Positions 1-11,061 of a stretch of 37,525 nucleotides of DNA are shown here, one piece after another. The position numbers were made by a program, and so were the translations under genes. The notes below the pieces were generated by a model. It was not told where the DNA came from and searched no databases. It saw only the letters and a program-made list of their open reading frames with translations. Each line of letters begins with the position of its first letter. The first letter of the stretch is position 1. Source of the stretch: Gallionella sp. (GTDB lineage: Bacteria > Pseudomonadota > Gammaproteobacteria > Burkholderiales > Gallionellaceae); assembly GCA_039932695.1 (NCBI GenBank), contig JBDTPM010000024.1, positions 1-37,525 of the forward strand, written 5' to 3'.

Positions 1-671
1 GGGGATTGAATCTGCAGTACGAGGTCCAGCCCTCCCCTGACGGATTGGCGCAAGCGTTCATCATCGGCCGTAAATTCATCGGCGAACATCCGTCTGCACT
101 GGTGCTGGGAGACAACATCTTCTACGGACATTCCTTTCAAGACCAATTGGAACATGCGGCACAGCGCACTCAGGGTGCGACCGTGTTCGCATACCATGTG
201 CGCGATCCGGAGCGTTATGGTGTAGTGGAGTTTGACGATGACGGACGCGCCGTTTCGCTGGAAGAAAAACCGTCGCACCCCAAATCAAGCTACGCCGTCA
301 CCGGCCTGTATTTCTACGATAATCAAGTATTGGATATAGCAGCCAATCTCAAACCCTCAAAGCGTGGTGAATTGGAGATCACGGACGTCAATCGCATTTA
401 CCTGGATCGCGCGCGGCTATCGGTAGAAATCATGGGGCGAGGTTACGCATGGTTAGACACCGGCACGCATGAATCTTTGCTCGAAGCCAGCCAATTCATA
501 CAGACCATCGAGCATCGCCAGGGACTCAAGATTGCCTGCCCAGAAGAGATTGCCTATCGCAAGGGATTTGTTGATGCAGCACAACTGGAGAAGCTTGCCA
601 CCCCACTGCTGAAAAGCGGATATGGTGACTATCTGATGCAAGTGATCAAGGAAAAGAGCGTGACTGAATGA
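1..671 (+). CDS. rmlA: Glucose-1-phosphate thymidylyltransferase (5' end outside window)
   Basis: Motifs [52 protein letters not shown]; stop overlaps the rmlC start (ATGA at 668-671). Confidence 0.97.
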   Translation, partial: GLNLQYEVQPSPDGLAQAFIIGRKFIGEHPSALVLGDNIFYGHSFQDQLEHAAQRTQGATVFAYHVRDPERYGVVEFDDDGRAVSLEEKPSHPKSSYAVTGLYFYDNQVLDIAANLKPSKRGELEITDVNRIYLDRARLSVEIMGRGYAWLDTGTHESLLEASQFIQTIEHRQGLKIACPEEIAYRKGFVDAAQLEKLATPLLKSGYGDYLMQVIKEKSVTE

Positions 672-1213
672 ACGTTGTCCAAACGGCTATTCCGGACCTG
701 CTGATCCTGGAACCCAAAGTATTTGGTGACGACCGCGGCTTCTTCTTTGAAAGCTTCAACCGCCGAAAGTTTGCTGAACTGACTGGCAGAGATATTGATT
801 TTGTACAGGACAACCACTCGCGCTCGGAAAAAAACGTGCTGCGCGGGCTGCACTACCAGATACAACATCCGCAAGGCAAGCTGGTGCGCGTGGTGCAAGG
901 TGCGGTGCTCGATGTCGCAGTGGATATCCGGAGAGGTTCACCGGCTTTCGGGAAACATGTCGCATTAGAATTGTCCGCCGACAATAAACGCATACTCTGG
1001 ATACCGGAAGGCTTGGCACATGGATTTGTGGTCTTGTCCGAAACAGCGGAATTTCTGTACAAGACCACCGACTATTGGTTCCCGGAACACGAGCGCTGTA
1101 TACGTTGGGATGACCCTACACTGGCGATAGACTGGGGACTGCAAAGCCCCCCCGCCCTTTCGTCCAAAGATGCTCAGGGAAAAAGGCTGAGCGACGCGGA
1201 GCTGTTCTCATGA
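668..1213 (+). CDS. rmlC: dTDP-4-dehydrorhamnose 3,5-epimerase
   Basis: [44 protein letters not shown]; coupled to rmlA. Confidence 0.97.
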   Translation: MNVVQTAIPDLLILEPKVFGDDRGFFFESFNRRKFAELTGRDIDFVQDNHSRSEKNVLRGLHYQIQHPQGKLVRVVQGAVLDVAVDIRRGSPAFGKHVALELSADNKRILWIPEGLAHGFVVLSETAEFLYKTTDYWFPEHERCIRWDDPTLAIDWGLQSPPALSSKDAQGKRLSDAELFS

Positions 1214-1251
1214 AACGGGATGCAACACACGGAAAATTAGTCGGACGAAAT

Positions 1252-2529
1252 TTAGCGGGATTTTAATATTTCAGTAATGATCTGCATCGATCTGTCAGTT
1301 GCACCACGATTGAATTTCACAAATCCGTCACACTGCTTGCGCATCTCGGACAAAGCATCCGGATCGTCCAACAGCAGTTGCAATCGCTCAATCAACCCTG
1401 CGGAATCCTGCAGCTGCATAGCTGCTCCGGCATTGACTGCGAGTCGTGTCGCCTCGGAAAAATTGTAAGTGTACCGGCCGACCATCACCGGCGTGCCGAC
1501 AGCGCAGGCTTCGATCAGATTCTGCCCGCCAAAAGGAAGCAGACTGCCGCCGATGAACGCAAGATCGGCTGCGGCGTAGTAGCCAAACATTTCTCCCATG
1601 CTGTCGCCGAGTATTACCGAAGTCCCTATCGAGACTGTGCTGCCCGATTGAACCAATTCGCTACGGCGCTGAAAAGGAATACCGCGCTGTTCGAGCAGGA
1701 TCGCGACATCCGCAAAGCGCTGCGGATGACGTGGCACGATCACCACCAGCAGATCGGGTATGTGCACTTGTTTCAGCGCGTCCAGCAGCAGCGTCTCCTC
1801 ACCATCACGTGTGCTGGCAGCGAGAAAAACCTTGCGTCCCGTGCCGAACTTTATGCGCAGCTGCTTACCCAGTTCCAGCATTGCAGCAGGCGGCTCGATA
1901 TCGAATTTGAGGTTGCCCAACACCCTAACGCTTTTTGCCCCGAGGCGGGTCAAGCGCGCTGCATCGTCAGCGGTTTGCGCGGCGATAGCGGATAGTTCGC
2001 CTAGCGCAGTGCGGCTAAGACGCGCAAACCGGGAATAACCACGAGCAGATTTTTCTGACATGCGTGCGTTCAACAGCAGCAAAGGTATTTCGTTAATACG
2101 ACAGGCGTGGATCAGATTGATCCAGATTTCCGTTTCCATCAGGATGCCTAACTCCGGGCGGAAGTGGTGTAAAAATTTTTGTACCGCAAACGGGTAATCG
2201 TATGGCAGGTACACACGCAGCACGCTATCACCATACAGTTGTTCGCTGGCAGAACGCCCGGTGGGCGTAGTATGGGTGAGTAAAATGCGATGCTGCGGAT
2301 AGGTTGCACGCAGCCGGGTGACAAGGCTTTGCGCGGCGCGGGTCTCACCTACCGAGACGGCATGAAGCCAGATGACAGGTTTGTCGCTGTATATGGAATA
2401 AAAACCGAATCGCTCACCGATGTGGCGCAGATAGTCAGGCTGCTTTCGGGCGCGCCAGATCAGACGAAGAAATGCATAAGGCAGCAGCAGCCACAGCGCA
2501 AGTGTATAGAACAACCTCGGGTTCAGCAC
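1252..2529 (-). CDS. waaA: 3-deoxy-D-manno-octulosonic acid (Kdo) transferase
   Basis: IWLHAVSVGE, YLPYD, METEIW, NARMSEKS, GNLKFD, AASTRDGEE, VPRHPQRF, GGQNLIEA. Start placed at GTG 2529, which overlaps the waaC stop. Confidence 0.96.
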   Translation of the reverse strand: MLNPRLFYTLALWLLLPYAFLRLIWRARKQPDYLRHIGERFGFYSIYSDKPVIWLHAVSVGETRAAQSLVTRLRATYPQHRILLTHTTPTGRSASEQLYGDSVLRVYLPYDYPFAVQKFLHHFRPELGILMETEIWINLIHACRINEIPLLLLNARMSEKSARGYSRFARLSRTALGELSAIAAQTADDAARLTRLGAKSVRVLGNLKFDIEPPAAMLELGKQLRIKFGTGRKVFLAASTRDGEETLLLDALKQVHIPDLLVVIVPRHPQRFADVAILLEQRGIPFQRRSELVQSGSTVSIGTSVILGDSMGEMFGYYAAADLAFIGGSLLPFGGQNLIEACAVGTPVMVGRYTYNFSEATRLAVNAGAAMQLQDSAGLIERLQLLLDDPDALSEMRKQCDGFVKFNRGATDRSMQIITEILKSR

Positions 2530-3509
2530 AAGACAACCCCATTCAGAGCAGCTACTACGGCTGCGACATCCGGCGCGCAACCGATATTGCCGAGATTAAC
2601 GACGCGTCGGCCAGCATACAAGCCGGTCAGCGTCGGGTCGGTCGAGGTATAGATGCCGACGGTGGGCACATCCAGTGCAGCCGCAAGATGTGCGAGACCG
2701 GTGTCCACTCCGATAACTGCATGGGCAGCGCCAAGCAGGGAAGCGGCCTGACCGAGAGTCAGCCGAGGCGGCGTGACGGCATCGGGAATTAGAGCGGCCA
2801 GGCGCAGGCTGCGCCTCTGTTCCACCTCATTGCCCCACGGCAAGACACAACGGATATTTCTTTCATGTAAAGTTTGTCCCAATGCGATCCAGTTGGTTTC
2901 ATCCCACAACTTGTCGCTGCGGCTGGTGGAATGCAGCAATACCGCATAATCTCCCTGCGGCAGCCAAGTGTTGGATTCAGGTGAAGCAGGCTGGATACCA
3001 AAATCAGCGGCGCCTTCCAGGGTAAAGCCAAGCACCTGGGCGACCAGCTGGCGATTGCGTTCGACGGCGTGCTGCCCGGTCGCAACAGAAAAAGTACGCT
3101 GATACAGATTTGAAGCAAGCGGCTCACGCGCGCTGTGCCGGTCAAAGCCGCAACGCAAACCCCGTGCGCCGCGCATCAGCAGAGCGCTTTTGAGCAGACC
3201 TTGCGTGTCAATCGCGAAGTCATAGTGCTGTGTCTTCAAAGCGCTACGGAATGCTGCGATCTCTTGCCAGGTTTCGCCTCGCAACAATCCACCGCGCCAG
3301 CGGCGTACCGCGACAGGAATCACCTTGTGTACCGCCGGATGGAGTTTGGGCAACTCGGCAAAACTGTCTTCCACCAGCCAATCGATTTGAGCGTCCGGAT
3401 AATGGCGCACGATGTCGCTGACCACCGGAAGGTTATGCAGCACATCGCCCAGCGATGAGGTTTTGACCAGCAAGATGCGCGGTGTGTGGGTGTCGGCGGG
3501 AGACGCCAT
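2523..3509 (-). CDS. waaC: LPS heptosyltransferase I (GT9)
   Basis: ILLVKTSSLGDVLH, DTQGLLKSA, SAREPLAS, HAVERNRQL, LPWG, GVDTGLAHLAAAL; directly upstream of waaA. ATG at 3509 chosen as start. Confidence 0.95.
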   Translation of the reverse strand: MASPADTHTPRILLVKTSSLGDVLHNLPVVSDIVRHYPDAQIDWLVEDSFAELPKLHPAVHKVIPVAVRRWRGGLLRGETWQEIAAFRSALKTQHYDFAIDTQGLLKSALLMRGARGLRCGFDRHSAREPLASNLYQRTFSVATGQHAVERNRQLVAQVLGFTLEGAADFGIQPASPESNTWLPQGDYAVLLHSTSRSDKLWDETNWIALGQTLHERNIRCVLPWGNEVEQRRSLRLAALIPDAVTPPRLTLGQAASLLGAAHAVIGVDTGLAHLAAALDVPTVGIYTSTDPTLTGLYAGRRVVNLGNIGCAPDVAAVVAALNGVVLC

Positions 3510-3809
3510 ATAAATCACAAATCTGTGTAAGGTCGTAGAGATGCATCTTATAGGATGAGACGACGCTTTAGGAAGAGCAGATGATACAGTGGGCAGGATT
3601 GTGGTTGATGCGCCACGCTGGTTCAGGGATAATGCGCGCAGCTTGTTTGCCGAGCTGCGCCGCTATGTCCGAGTGATTCACAGTTACCGTATACTCAACA
3701 CACCAGACGGCAATCTTGGCCTGCTGCAGAAAATTTGGACGGATTATTGAGTGACAGGTTCGGCAAAGAGTCACGTTTTTCCAACCATAAAATAAACCGG
3801 AAAGTATCA

Positions 3810-5219
3810 ATGAGTAATCAACAGGTCTATGCGGTGATACTCGCCGGTGGTAGCGGCAGTCGTTTGTGGCCGCTATCGCGTCAGCATCTGCCCAAGCAGT
3901 TTCTCGCCCTGAGCGGTGAGGCCTCGCTGCTGCAAACTACCATTAACCGACTATTCCCGGTGATCGATACCAGCAGTGTATTGATAGTCACGCAAGAGTC
4001 ACACGCCAAGGGCGAGGCGTATCACGCCCTGTTGCCATATAAAACACTATTTGAGCCGGTCGGGCGCAACACCGCGCCGGCGATTGCGCTTGCGGCCGCG
4101 TACCTTGCGGCTGACGGAGATGATCCGGTCATGGTTGTGCTGCCAGCCGACCATATCATCAAGGAAGAGGTGCGCTTTCGCGCGCATCTGAGTATCGCGA
4201 TCGCCGCCGCCGAAAAAGGCAAGCTGATGACCTTCGGTATTCAGCCTACCCGTCCTGACACCGGCTTTGGCTACATCAAGGCCCATTCAGCCGGCGACCC
4301 TGAGGTCTATGAGGTGGACCGCTTTACCGAAAAGCCCGACATTGCCACAGCCGAGCGATTTCTGAAGGAAGGCGGTTACTACTGGAATTCCGGCATGTTC
4401 GTCTGGCGTGCTTCGGTGATACTTGAGGAGATCCGCCGCTACCTGCCTGCGGTTCATCAGGTCGTGCAAACCATTATCGCCGAAAGCCGTGTTGCAGGGA
4501 CATTCCAGCAGGCCGTAGAAAGTCACTTTGCCGCGATGCCATCGATCTCCATTGACTACGGAGTGCTCGAGAAGTCCAGTCATGTGTCTCTCATCCCGTG
4601 TGACATCGGATGGAACGATGTGGGCAGTTGGCAGGCCGTGCATGATATTTCGTCCAAGGACGAAAACGGCAATGCCCTGCAGGGCAACGTCATCGCATTG
4701 GACTGCAAAAACAGTCTGATCCGCGCCGAAAAACGGCTGGTCGCCGCCATCGGCGTGGAAGACCTGTGTGTTATCGAGACAGCCGATGCCGTGTTGATCT
4801 CAAAGAGCGATCAAAGCCAGCGTGTTCGAGAAGTGGTTGATGAATTACAGCATCGAGGTGCTACCGAGCATGTCTATCATGCCAAGGTCAATCGTCCGTG
4901 GGGCAGTTACACCGTGCTGGAAGAAGACCGGGACGGCTTCAAGATCAAACGCATCGAAGTCGCACCGGGTGCGCGCCTCAGTTTGCAAAGCCACCGCCAA
5001 CGCTCAGAACATTGGGTGGTGGTATCGGGAACTGCAACTGTCACCAACGGTGATGAAGTGATTACCGTTGAAAAGAACCAGAGCACTTACATTCCGATAG
5101 GTACGAAACACCGCCTGGAAAATCTTGGCAGCGAACCACTGCATATCGTCGAGATACAGGTTGGAGATTATCTCGGCGAAGACGATATCAAGCGTTATGA
5201 AGACAACTACGGCAGATAG
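3810..5219 (+). CDS. manC: Mannose-1-phosphate guanylyltransferase / mannose-6-phosphate isomerase
   Basis: ILAGGSGSRLWPLSR..PKQF, EPVGRNTAPAI, FTEKP, WNSGMF, SIDYGVLEK, WNDVGSW; C-terminal cupin RPWGSY, LSLQSH..RSEHW. Confidence 0.96.
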   Translation: MSNQQVYAVILAGGSGSRLWPLSRQHLPKQFLALSGEASLLQTTINRLFPVIDTSSVLIVTQESHAKGEAYHALLPYKTLFEPVGRNTAPAIALAAAYLAADGDDPVMVVLPADHIIKEEVRFRAHLSIAIAAAEKGKLMTFGIQPTRPDTGFGYIKAHSAGDPEVYEVDRFTEKPDIATAERFLKEGGYYWNSGMFVWRASVILEEIRRYLPAVHQVVQTIIAESRVAGTFQQAVESHFAAMPSISIDYGVLEKSSHVSLIPCDIGWNDVGSWQAVHDISSKDENGNALQGNVIALDCKNSLIRAEKRLVAAIGVEDLCVIETADAVLISKSDQSQRVREVVDELQHRGATEHVYHAKVNRPWGSYTVLEEDRDGFKIKRIEVAPGARLSLQSHRQRSEHWVVVSGTATVTNGDEVITVEKNQSTYIPIGTKHRLENLGSEPLHIVEIQVGDYLGEDDIKRYEDNYGR

Positions 5220-5238
5220 CCGCACAACATGAAAGAGC

Positions 5239-6339
5239 ATGCAAATGAGCCAAGCTGAAAAAGTTGCACTGATCACCGGGATTACCGGACAGGACGGAGC
5301 TTACCTCGCCGAGTTATTGCTCAAGAAAGGTTACGTGGTGCATGGCATCAAAAGACGCGCATCTCTATTCAATACTGACCGTATTGATCATTTGTATCAG
5401 GACCCTCACATTAGCCACCGCAATTTCATTCTGCATTATGGCGACATGACTGACTCCAGCAGTCTGATCCGTATCATCCAAGAGGTGCAGCCGGATGAAA
5501 TTTACAATCTCGCGGCGCAAAGCCATGTCGCGGTATCATTTGAAGAACCTGAGTACACCGCCAACTCAGATGCACTGGGAGCATTGCGCGTGCTTGAAGC
5601 CATGCGCATCCTCGGTCTGGAGAAAAAAACCCGCTTCTATCAAGCATCCACATCCGAACTGTATGGCTTGGTACAAGAGACACCGCAAAAGGAAACTACA
5701 CCGTTCTACCCGCGCTCACCTTACGCGGTGGCCAAGCTCTATGCATACTGGATTACTGTCAATTACCGCGAGGCTTATGGCATGTACGCTTGCAACGGTA
5801 TCCTGTTCAATCATGAAAGTCCGGTGCGCGGCGAAACCTTTGTCACACGCAAGATCACCCGCGCGCTGGCGCGCATCAAGCTTGGTCTGCAGGATTGCCT
5901 CTATCTCGGCAATCTGGATGCGCTGCGCGACTGGGGACACGCCAAAGACTACGTCGAAATGCAGTGGTTGATGCTGCAACAGGATCATCCGGAAGATTTT
6001 GTGATCGCCACCGGCGTGCAATACAGCGTGCGCGACTTCGTCAATGCGGCGGCCAAGGAGCTCGGTATGGTCATCACCTGGCGCGGCAAAGGCGTGGACG
6101 AGAAAGGCTACGACGCATCCGGCAAGTGTGTCGTCCAGGTCGACCCCCGCTACTTCCGACCCACCGAAGTCGAGACATTATTGGGCGATCCTACCAAGGC
6201 CAAGCAAAAACTCGGCTGGACTCCGAAGATCACTTTTCATGAGTTGGTCGCCGAAATGGTGCGCGAAGACCTCAAGAGCGCGGAGCGCGACGAACTGGTC
6301 AAGAAACACGGTTTCGCCGCCTACGACTATCACGAGTAG
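5239..6339 (+). CDS. gmd: GDP-mannose 4,6-dehydratase
   Basis: [51 protein letters not shown]. Confidence 0.97.
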   Translation: MQMSQAEKVALITGITGQDGAYLAELLLKKGYVVHGIKRRASLFNTDRIDHLYQDPHISHRNFILHYGDMTDSSSLIRIIQEVQPDEIYNLAAQSHVAVSFEEPEYTANSDALGALRVLEAMRILGLEKKTRFYQASTSELYGLVQETPQKETTPFYPRSPYAVAKLYAYWITVNYREAYGMYACNGILFNHESPVRGETFVTRKITRALARIKLGLQDCLYLGNLDALRDWGHAKDYVEMQWLMLQQDHPEDFVIATGVQYSVRDFVNAAAKELGMVITWRGKGVDEKGYDASGKCVVQVDPRYFRPTEVETLLGDPTKAKQKLGWTPKITFHELVAEMVREDLKSAERDELVKKHGFAAYDYHE

Positions 6340-6350
6340 ACGGCCAGTCG

Positions 6351-7310
6351 ATGAACAAGAACGTCAAAATCTATATCGCGGGCCATCGCGGCCTGGCCGG
6401 CAGTGCGATCGCGCGGGAGTTGCAGCGGCAAGGTTACACCAACATCGTGACGCGTACCCATGCTGAGCTGGATCTTGAAGATGCGGCCGCAACCCGGAGA
6501 TTCTTCGAACAGGAACGCCCTGAGATCGTATTTCTGGCTGCAGCCAAAGTCGGCGGGATACAAGCCAACATTACCTATCCGGTGGAATTCCTGATGAGCA
6601 ACCTGCTCGTCGAGGCCAATGTCTGCCGTGCAGCGCATTCAACCAAAGTAAATCGCCTGATCTTCCTGGGCAGTTCATGCATCTACCCGCGTGACTGTCC
6701 GCAGCCGATCAAAGAAGAGTATCTGCTTACCGGCCCGCTGGAAGCGACCAATCGTCCCTATGCGCTGGCCAAGATCGCCGGTATCGAAATGTGCTGGTCG
6801 TACAACCGCCAATACGGAACGAAGTGGCTGGCGGCCATGCCGACCAATCTATACGGTCCGTGCGACAACTATGATTTGAACAACTCACATGTTCTGCCCG
6901 CGTTGATCCGCAAGATGCACGAAGCCAAGGTTTCCGGGGCGAATGAAGTCGTACTGTGGGGCAGCGGCAAGCCCAAGCGCGAATTCTTGTATGTGGATGA
7001 TCTGGCGAATGCGTTAGTGTTCCTTGCGACATTGGGTGATGGGCGATATAACGTTCTGATCGAGCCAACGCAATGCCCGCTGATCAATGTAGGTACGGGC
7101 GAAGATCTGACCATCCGGGAACTGGCGGAAACGGTAGCAACGGTAGTAGGTTACAAGGGCAAGTTTGTACAGGATGCCTCCAAGCCGGATGGAACGATGC
7201 GCAAGGTGATGGATGTGTCGAGGATTCAAAGTTTGGGCTGGAAAGCGAACACCAGTCTTCAAGAGGGGCTGGCCCAAACTTACAAGTCATTCATCGAGGT
7301 ACAAGCATGA
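6351..7310 (+). CDS. fcl: GDP-L-fucose synthase
   Basis: [59 protein letters not shown]; follows gmd. Confidence 0.95.
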   Translation: MNKNVKIYIAGHRGLAGSAIARELQRQGYTNIVTRTHAELDLEDAAATRRFFEQERPEIVFLAAAKVGGIQANITYPVEFLMSNLLVEANVCRAAHSTKVNRLIFLGSSCIYPRDCPQPIKEEYLLTGPLEATNRPYALAKIAGIEMCWSYNRQYGTKWLAAMPTNLYGPCDNYDLNNSHVLPALIRKMHEAKVSGANEVVLWGSGKPKREFLYVDDLANALVFLATLGDGRYNVLIEPTQCPLINVGTGEDLTIRELAETVATVVGYKGKFVQDASKPDGTMRKVMDVSRIQSLGWKANTSLQEGLAQTYKSFIEVQA

Positions 7311-8077
7311 AAGCAGTAATTCTCGCCGGTGGCTTGGGTACCAGGATCAGTGAAGAAACATCCACACGCCCAAAGCCGATGGTCGAGATCGGCGGCAAGC
7401 CTCTCCTGTGGCACATCATGAAAACCTATTCTGCCCACGGCATCCATGATTTTGTCATTTGCTGCGGATACAAAGGTTATGTGATCAAGGAGTATTTCGC
7501 CAATTATTTCCTGCATATGTCCGATGTGACATTCGATATGCAGCACAACCGGATGGAGGTACACCAGCAGAGCGCGGAACCATGGCGTGTCACGCTGGTG
7601 GATACCGGCGATAGCACCATGACCGGAGGACGACTGAAGCGAGTACGTGAATATCTCGGCAACGAGGATTTCTGTTTCACCTACGGTGATGGCGTAAGCG
7701 ATGTAAACATAGCTGAGTTAATCGCTTTTCACCGCCAACAAAAAAAATTGGCAACATTGACAGGCGTTCAGCCGCCCGGACGGTTTGGCGCGCTCAATCT
7801 GGACGGTGATCGCGTGGCCAGCTTTGAAGAGAAGCCTCACGGTGACGGCGCATGGATCAACGGCGGCTTCTTCGTGTTGTCGCCCAAGGTTATTGACCTG
7901 ATCGAAGGTGACGCGACCATCTGGGAGCGCGGCCCGATGGAAAAATTGGCGCGAGATGGTCAGTTCGTCGCCTATCTGCATTCCGGCTTCTGGCAGCCGA
8001 TGGACACGCTGCGTGACAAAGTCCATCTGGAAGAACTATGGCAATCAGGCAAAGCGCCGTGGAAGGTGTGGGCGTGA
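7307..8077 (+). CDS. rfbF: Glucose-1-phosphate cytidylyltransferase (DdhA)
   Basis: [59 protein letters not shown]; ATGA overlap with fcl. Confidence 0.96.
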   Translation: MKAVILAGGLGTRISEETSTRPKPMVEIGGKPLLWHIMKTYSAHGIHDFVICCGYKGYVIKEYFANYFLHMSDVTFDMQHNRMEVHQQSAEPWRVTLVDTGDSTMTGGRLKRVREYLGNEDFCFTYGDGVSDVNIAELIAFHRQQKKLATLTGVQPPGRFGALNLDGDRVASFEEKPHGDGAWINGGFFVLSPKVIDLIEGDATIWERGPMEKLARDGQFVAYLHSGFWQPMDTLRDKVHLEELWQSGKAPWKVWA

Positions 8078-9138
8078 GCACCGTGTTCTGGCACGGCAAG
8101 AAAGTCTTCCTTACCGGACACACCGGCTTCAAAGGTAGCTGGCTGAGCCTGTGGTTACAGCAGCTTGGCGCCGGGGTGACAGGCTATGCGCTGCAACCAC
8201 CAACGAATCCGAGCCTGTTCGAAGTGGCACACGTAGCGCAGGGCATGAAATCCATCATCGGTGACATTCGCGATGGTGCTGCGCTGGCGAAGGCGATGCG
8301 CGAAGCCGCGCCCGACATCGTCATCCACATGGCGGCACAGCCGCTGGTGCGCCGCTCCTATATCGATCCGGTCGAGACCTATTCCACCAACGTGATGGGT
8401 ACGGTACATCTGCTGGAAGCGGTGCGCCAGACCACTTCTGTGCGCGCAGTGGTAAACGTCACCAGCGACAAATGCTATGAGAACAAGGAATGGGTGTGGG
8501 GCTATCGCGAGAGCGAACCAATGGGCGGCTTCGATCCATATAGCAATAGCAAGGGCTGCGCCGAATTGGTGACGGCGGCGTATCGCAACTCGTTCTTCAA
8601 TCCGGAGAAATACAGCGAGCACCATGTCGGGCTTGCCTCGGGACGTGCCGGCAATGTCATCGGCGGAGGTGATTGGGCGGATGATCGATTGATCCCTGAC
8701 ATCCTGAGGGCTGTCAGTGCAGGCCGTCCGGTCGTGATCCGCAACCCGCATGCCATTCGTCCCTGGCAGCATGTGCTGGAACCACTGAGCGGCTATCTGC
8801 TGCTCGCGCAAAAACTTTACGAAGACGATGCCAACAATGCCGAAGGCTGGAACTTCGGCCCGAACGACGAAGATGCCAAACCGGTACAATGGATAGTCGA
8901 ACGGCTTACGCAGCAATGGGGCGATGGTGCGAGCTGGCAACTCGATCAGGCGGATCATCACCATGAGGCGCATTACCTCAAGCTGGACTGTTCGAAGGCG
9001 AAGATGCGCCTTGATTGGCAACCGCGCTGGAATCTGGGACACACGTTGGAAATGATCGTCGCTTGGCAACGCGCCTATCTGGGGAAGGAAGGCATGCGAA
9101 ATGTAACATTGGAACAGATCAAACAATTCACACAGTAA
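8074..9138 (+). CDS. rfbG: CDP-glucose 4,6-dehydratase (DdhB)
   Basis: [56 protein letters not shown] 8074 overlaps the rfbF stop; the start could lie slightly upstream. Confidence 0.95.
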   Translation: MSTVFWHGKKVFLTGHTGFKGSWLSLWLQQLGAGVTGYALQPPTNPSLFEVAHVAQGMKSIIGDIRDGAALAKAMREAAPDIVIHMAAQPLVRRSYIDPVETYSTNVMGTVHLLEAVRQTTSVRAVVNVTSDKCYENKEWVWGYRESEPMGGFDPYSNSKGCAELVTAAYRNSFFNPEKYSEHHVGLASGRAGNVIGGGDWADDRLIPDILRAVSAGRPVVIRNPHAIRPWQHVLEPLSGYLLLAQKLYEDDANNAEGWNFGPNDEDAKPVQWIVERLTQQWGDGASWQLDQADHHHEAHYLKLDCSKAKMRLDWQPRWNLGHTLEMIVAWQRAYLGKEGMRNVTLEQIKQFTQ

Positions 9139-9146
9139 AACAAATC

Positions 9147-10502
9147 ATGAGTATGACTAGTAAAGATCAGCTACGCGCACAGATCGCCGAACTGGTTAAA
9201 CAGTATGCCGACCTCGCTTATGCGCCCACCGCATTCGAAGCGGGCAAGAACGTCGTGCCGCCCTCCGGCAAGGTGATAGGTGCTGCGGAATTGCAGAACA
9301 TGGTGGAAGCCTCGCTCGACGGCTGGCTCACCACCGGACGCTTCAACGATGCGTTCGAAAAACGTCTGGCCGAGTTCATCGGCGTGAAGCACGCCCTCAC
9401 TACCAACTCCGGTTCGTCGGCCAATCTGCTGGCCTTCTCTGCGCTCACCTCGCACAAGCTCGGCGAACGCGCCATCCAGCCGGGCGACGAAGTCATCTCG
9501 GTGGCGGCGGGTTTCCCGACCACAGTGAATCCTATTCTGCAATTTGGTGCCGTACCCGTATTCGTGGACGTACACATTCCCACCTACAACATCGACCCTG
9601 CCAAAATCGAAGCGGCGATCACACCCAAAACCAAGGCCATCATGCTGGCCCATACCCTGGGCAATCCCTACGACCTCGATGCCATCACCGCGCTTGCCAG
9701 GAAGCACAAACTCTGGCTCATCGAAGATTGCTGCGATGCGCTCGGTTCCACCTATACGCCCTCTCCTCGCGCGGGAGAGGGGGCCGGTAAGCCGCGTTTA
9801 GTCGGCACCTTCGGCGACATCGGCACGCTCAGCTTCTACCCAGCCCACCACATCACCATGGGCGAAGGCGGCGCTATATTTACCAACAACGACGAACTCA
9901 AGCAGATCATCGAATCGTTCCGTGACTGGGGAAGAGACTGTTACTGTGGCCCAGGTAAAGATAACACCTGCGGAAAACGCTTCTGCTGGAAACTCGGCGA
10001 CCTGCCGGAAGGCTACGACCACAAGTACACCTATTCGCATCTGGGCTACAACCTCAAGATCTCCGACATGCAAGCCGCCTGCGCCTTGGCGCAGATGGAT
10101 CGCGTGGAAGAATTCATCGCCGCGCGCAAACAGAACTTCGCTTATCTGAAAACCGGGCTGAAGAGCTGCGAAGAATTCCTGCTGTTACCGGAAGCGACCC
10201 CGAACAGCGACCCGTCGTGGTTCGGCTTCCCCATCACCATCAAGCCGAATGCGGGCATCAAGCGCGTCGACCTGCTGCAATACCTCGATCAGAACAAGAT
10301 CGGCACGCGCCTGCTGTTTGCCGGCAACCTGACGCGCCAGCCCTACATGAAAGGGCGCAACTTCCGCATCTCCGGCGAGCTGACCAACACTGACACCGTG
10401 ATGAACGACACTTTCTGGATCGGCGTGTATCCGGGCTTGAGCAAGGAGATGCTCGATTTCGTAATCGCCAAACTCGAAGCGTTCTTCGGCGTGAATTTTT
10501 AA
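9147..10502 (+). CDS. rfbH: CDP-4-keto-6-deoxy-D-glucose 3-dehydrase (E1, DdhC)
   Basis: [38 protein letters not shown] (His instead of the PLP Lys), RDCYC-x7-C Fe-S ligands, YDHKY. Confidence 0.95.
   Translation: MSMTSKDQLRAQIAELVKQYADLAYAPTAFEAGKNVVPPSGKVIGAAELQNMVEASLDGWLTTGRFNDAFEKRLAEFIGVKHALTTNSGSSANLLAFSALTSHKLGERAIQPGDEVISVAAGFPTTVNPILQFGAVPVFVDVHIPTYNIDPAKIEAAITPKTKAIMLAHTLGNPYDLDAITALARKHKLWLIEDCCDALGSTYTPSPRAGEGAGKPRLVGTFGDIGTLSFYPAHHITMGEGGAIFTNNDELKQIIESFRDWGRDCYCGPGKDNTCGKRFCWKLGDLPEGYDHKYTYSHLGYNLKISDMQAACALAQMDRVEEFIAARKQNFAYLKTGLKSCEEFLLLPEATPNSDPSWFGFPITIKPNAGIKRVDLLQYLDQNKIGTRLLFAGNLTRQPYMKGRNFRISGELTNTDTVMNDTFWIGVYPGLSKEMLDFVIAKLEAFFGVNF
9759..9781. repeat. Palindromic element CCCTCTCC-N7-GGAGAGGG inside rfbH
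   Basis: Perfect 8-bp inverted arms at 9759-9766 and 9774-9781; lies within the peptide [11 protein letters not shown], which is extra relative to the E1 consensus spacing. Confidence 0.75.
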
Positions 10503-10503
10503 C

Positions 10504-11052
10504 ATGCGTGTTGAGCAAACATCTATCCCCGGTTGTTACCAGTTATTCCCGCAAGTGAGGAAGGACAACCGTGGCAGCTTCGTAAAGATTTTTCATCAGG
10601 ATATCTTTGCAAAACATGGCTTGGTCACCGAATTTGCCGAAGAGTATTACTCGGTTTCGCATAAGGGTGTGTTAAGGGGGTTGCACTTTCAAACGCCACC
10701 GTACGAACATTTCAAGTTGGTCTATTGCCTTGCAGGAAAAGTGCTGGATGCCATTGTCGATCTGCGTACAGGGTCGCCCACCTATAAACAATCCGCAGCC
10801 TTTGAGTTAAGTGCCCAGCTTGGGAATATGCTCTACATCGCACCCGGCATGGCGCATGGATTTTATGCGCTGACTGACGAAGTCATCATGCAATACAAAG
10901 TCACTACGGTTTATGCGCCAGAGCATGATGGCGGCATCAGGTGGGATTCCGTCGGCATTAACTGGCCATCTGCTGCGCCCATTATTTCTGATCGAGATCG
11001 TGGATTTCCTGCGTTGGCGGATTTTGATAGCCCGTTCAGATTTGAAACATAG
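10504..11052 (+). CDS. RmlC-family cupin NDP-4-keto-sugar epimerase (AscE-like by context)
   Basis: DNRGSF, SHKGVLRGLHFQ, KLVYC, AHGF, YAPEHDGGIRW; directly after rfbH. Confidence 0.85.
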   Translation: MRVEQTSIPGCYQLFPQVRKDNRGSFVKIFHQDIFAKHGLVTEFAEEYYSVSHKGVLRGLHFQTPPYEHFKLVYCLAGKVLDAIVDLRTGSPTYKQSAAFELSAQLGNMLYIAPGMAHGFYALTDEVIMQYKVTTVYAPEHDGGIRWDSVGINWPSAAPIISDRDRGFPALADFDSPFRFET

Positions 11053-11061
11053 AGCTTTGCG

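Noticed and set aside
3519-3809. JUMPStart/ops element upstream of the polysaccharide operon
   Set aside because: No GGCGGTAG-type ops motif was seen; a divergent promoter is likely but could not be placed.
8155-9126. 323-aa antisense ORF (similar ones at 22838-23641 and 35708-36466)
   Set aside because: Shadow frames opposite well-supported genes, with no recognisable motifs.
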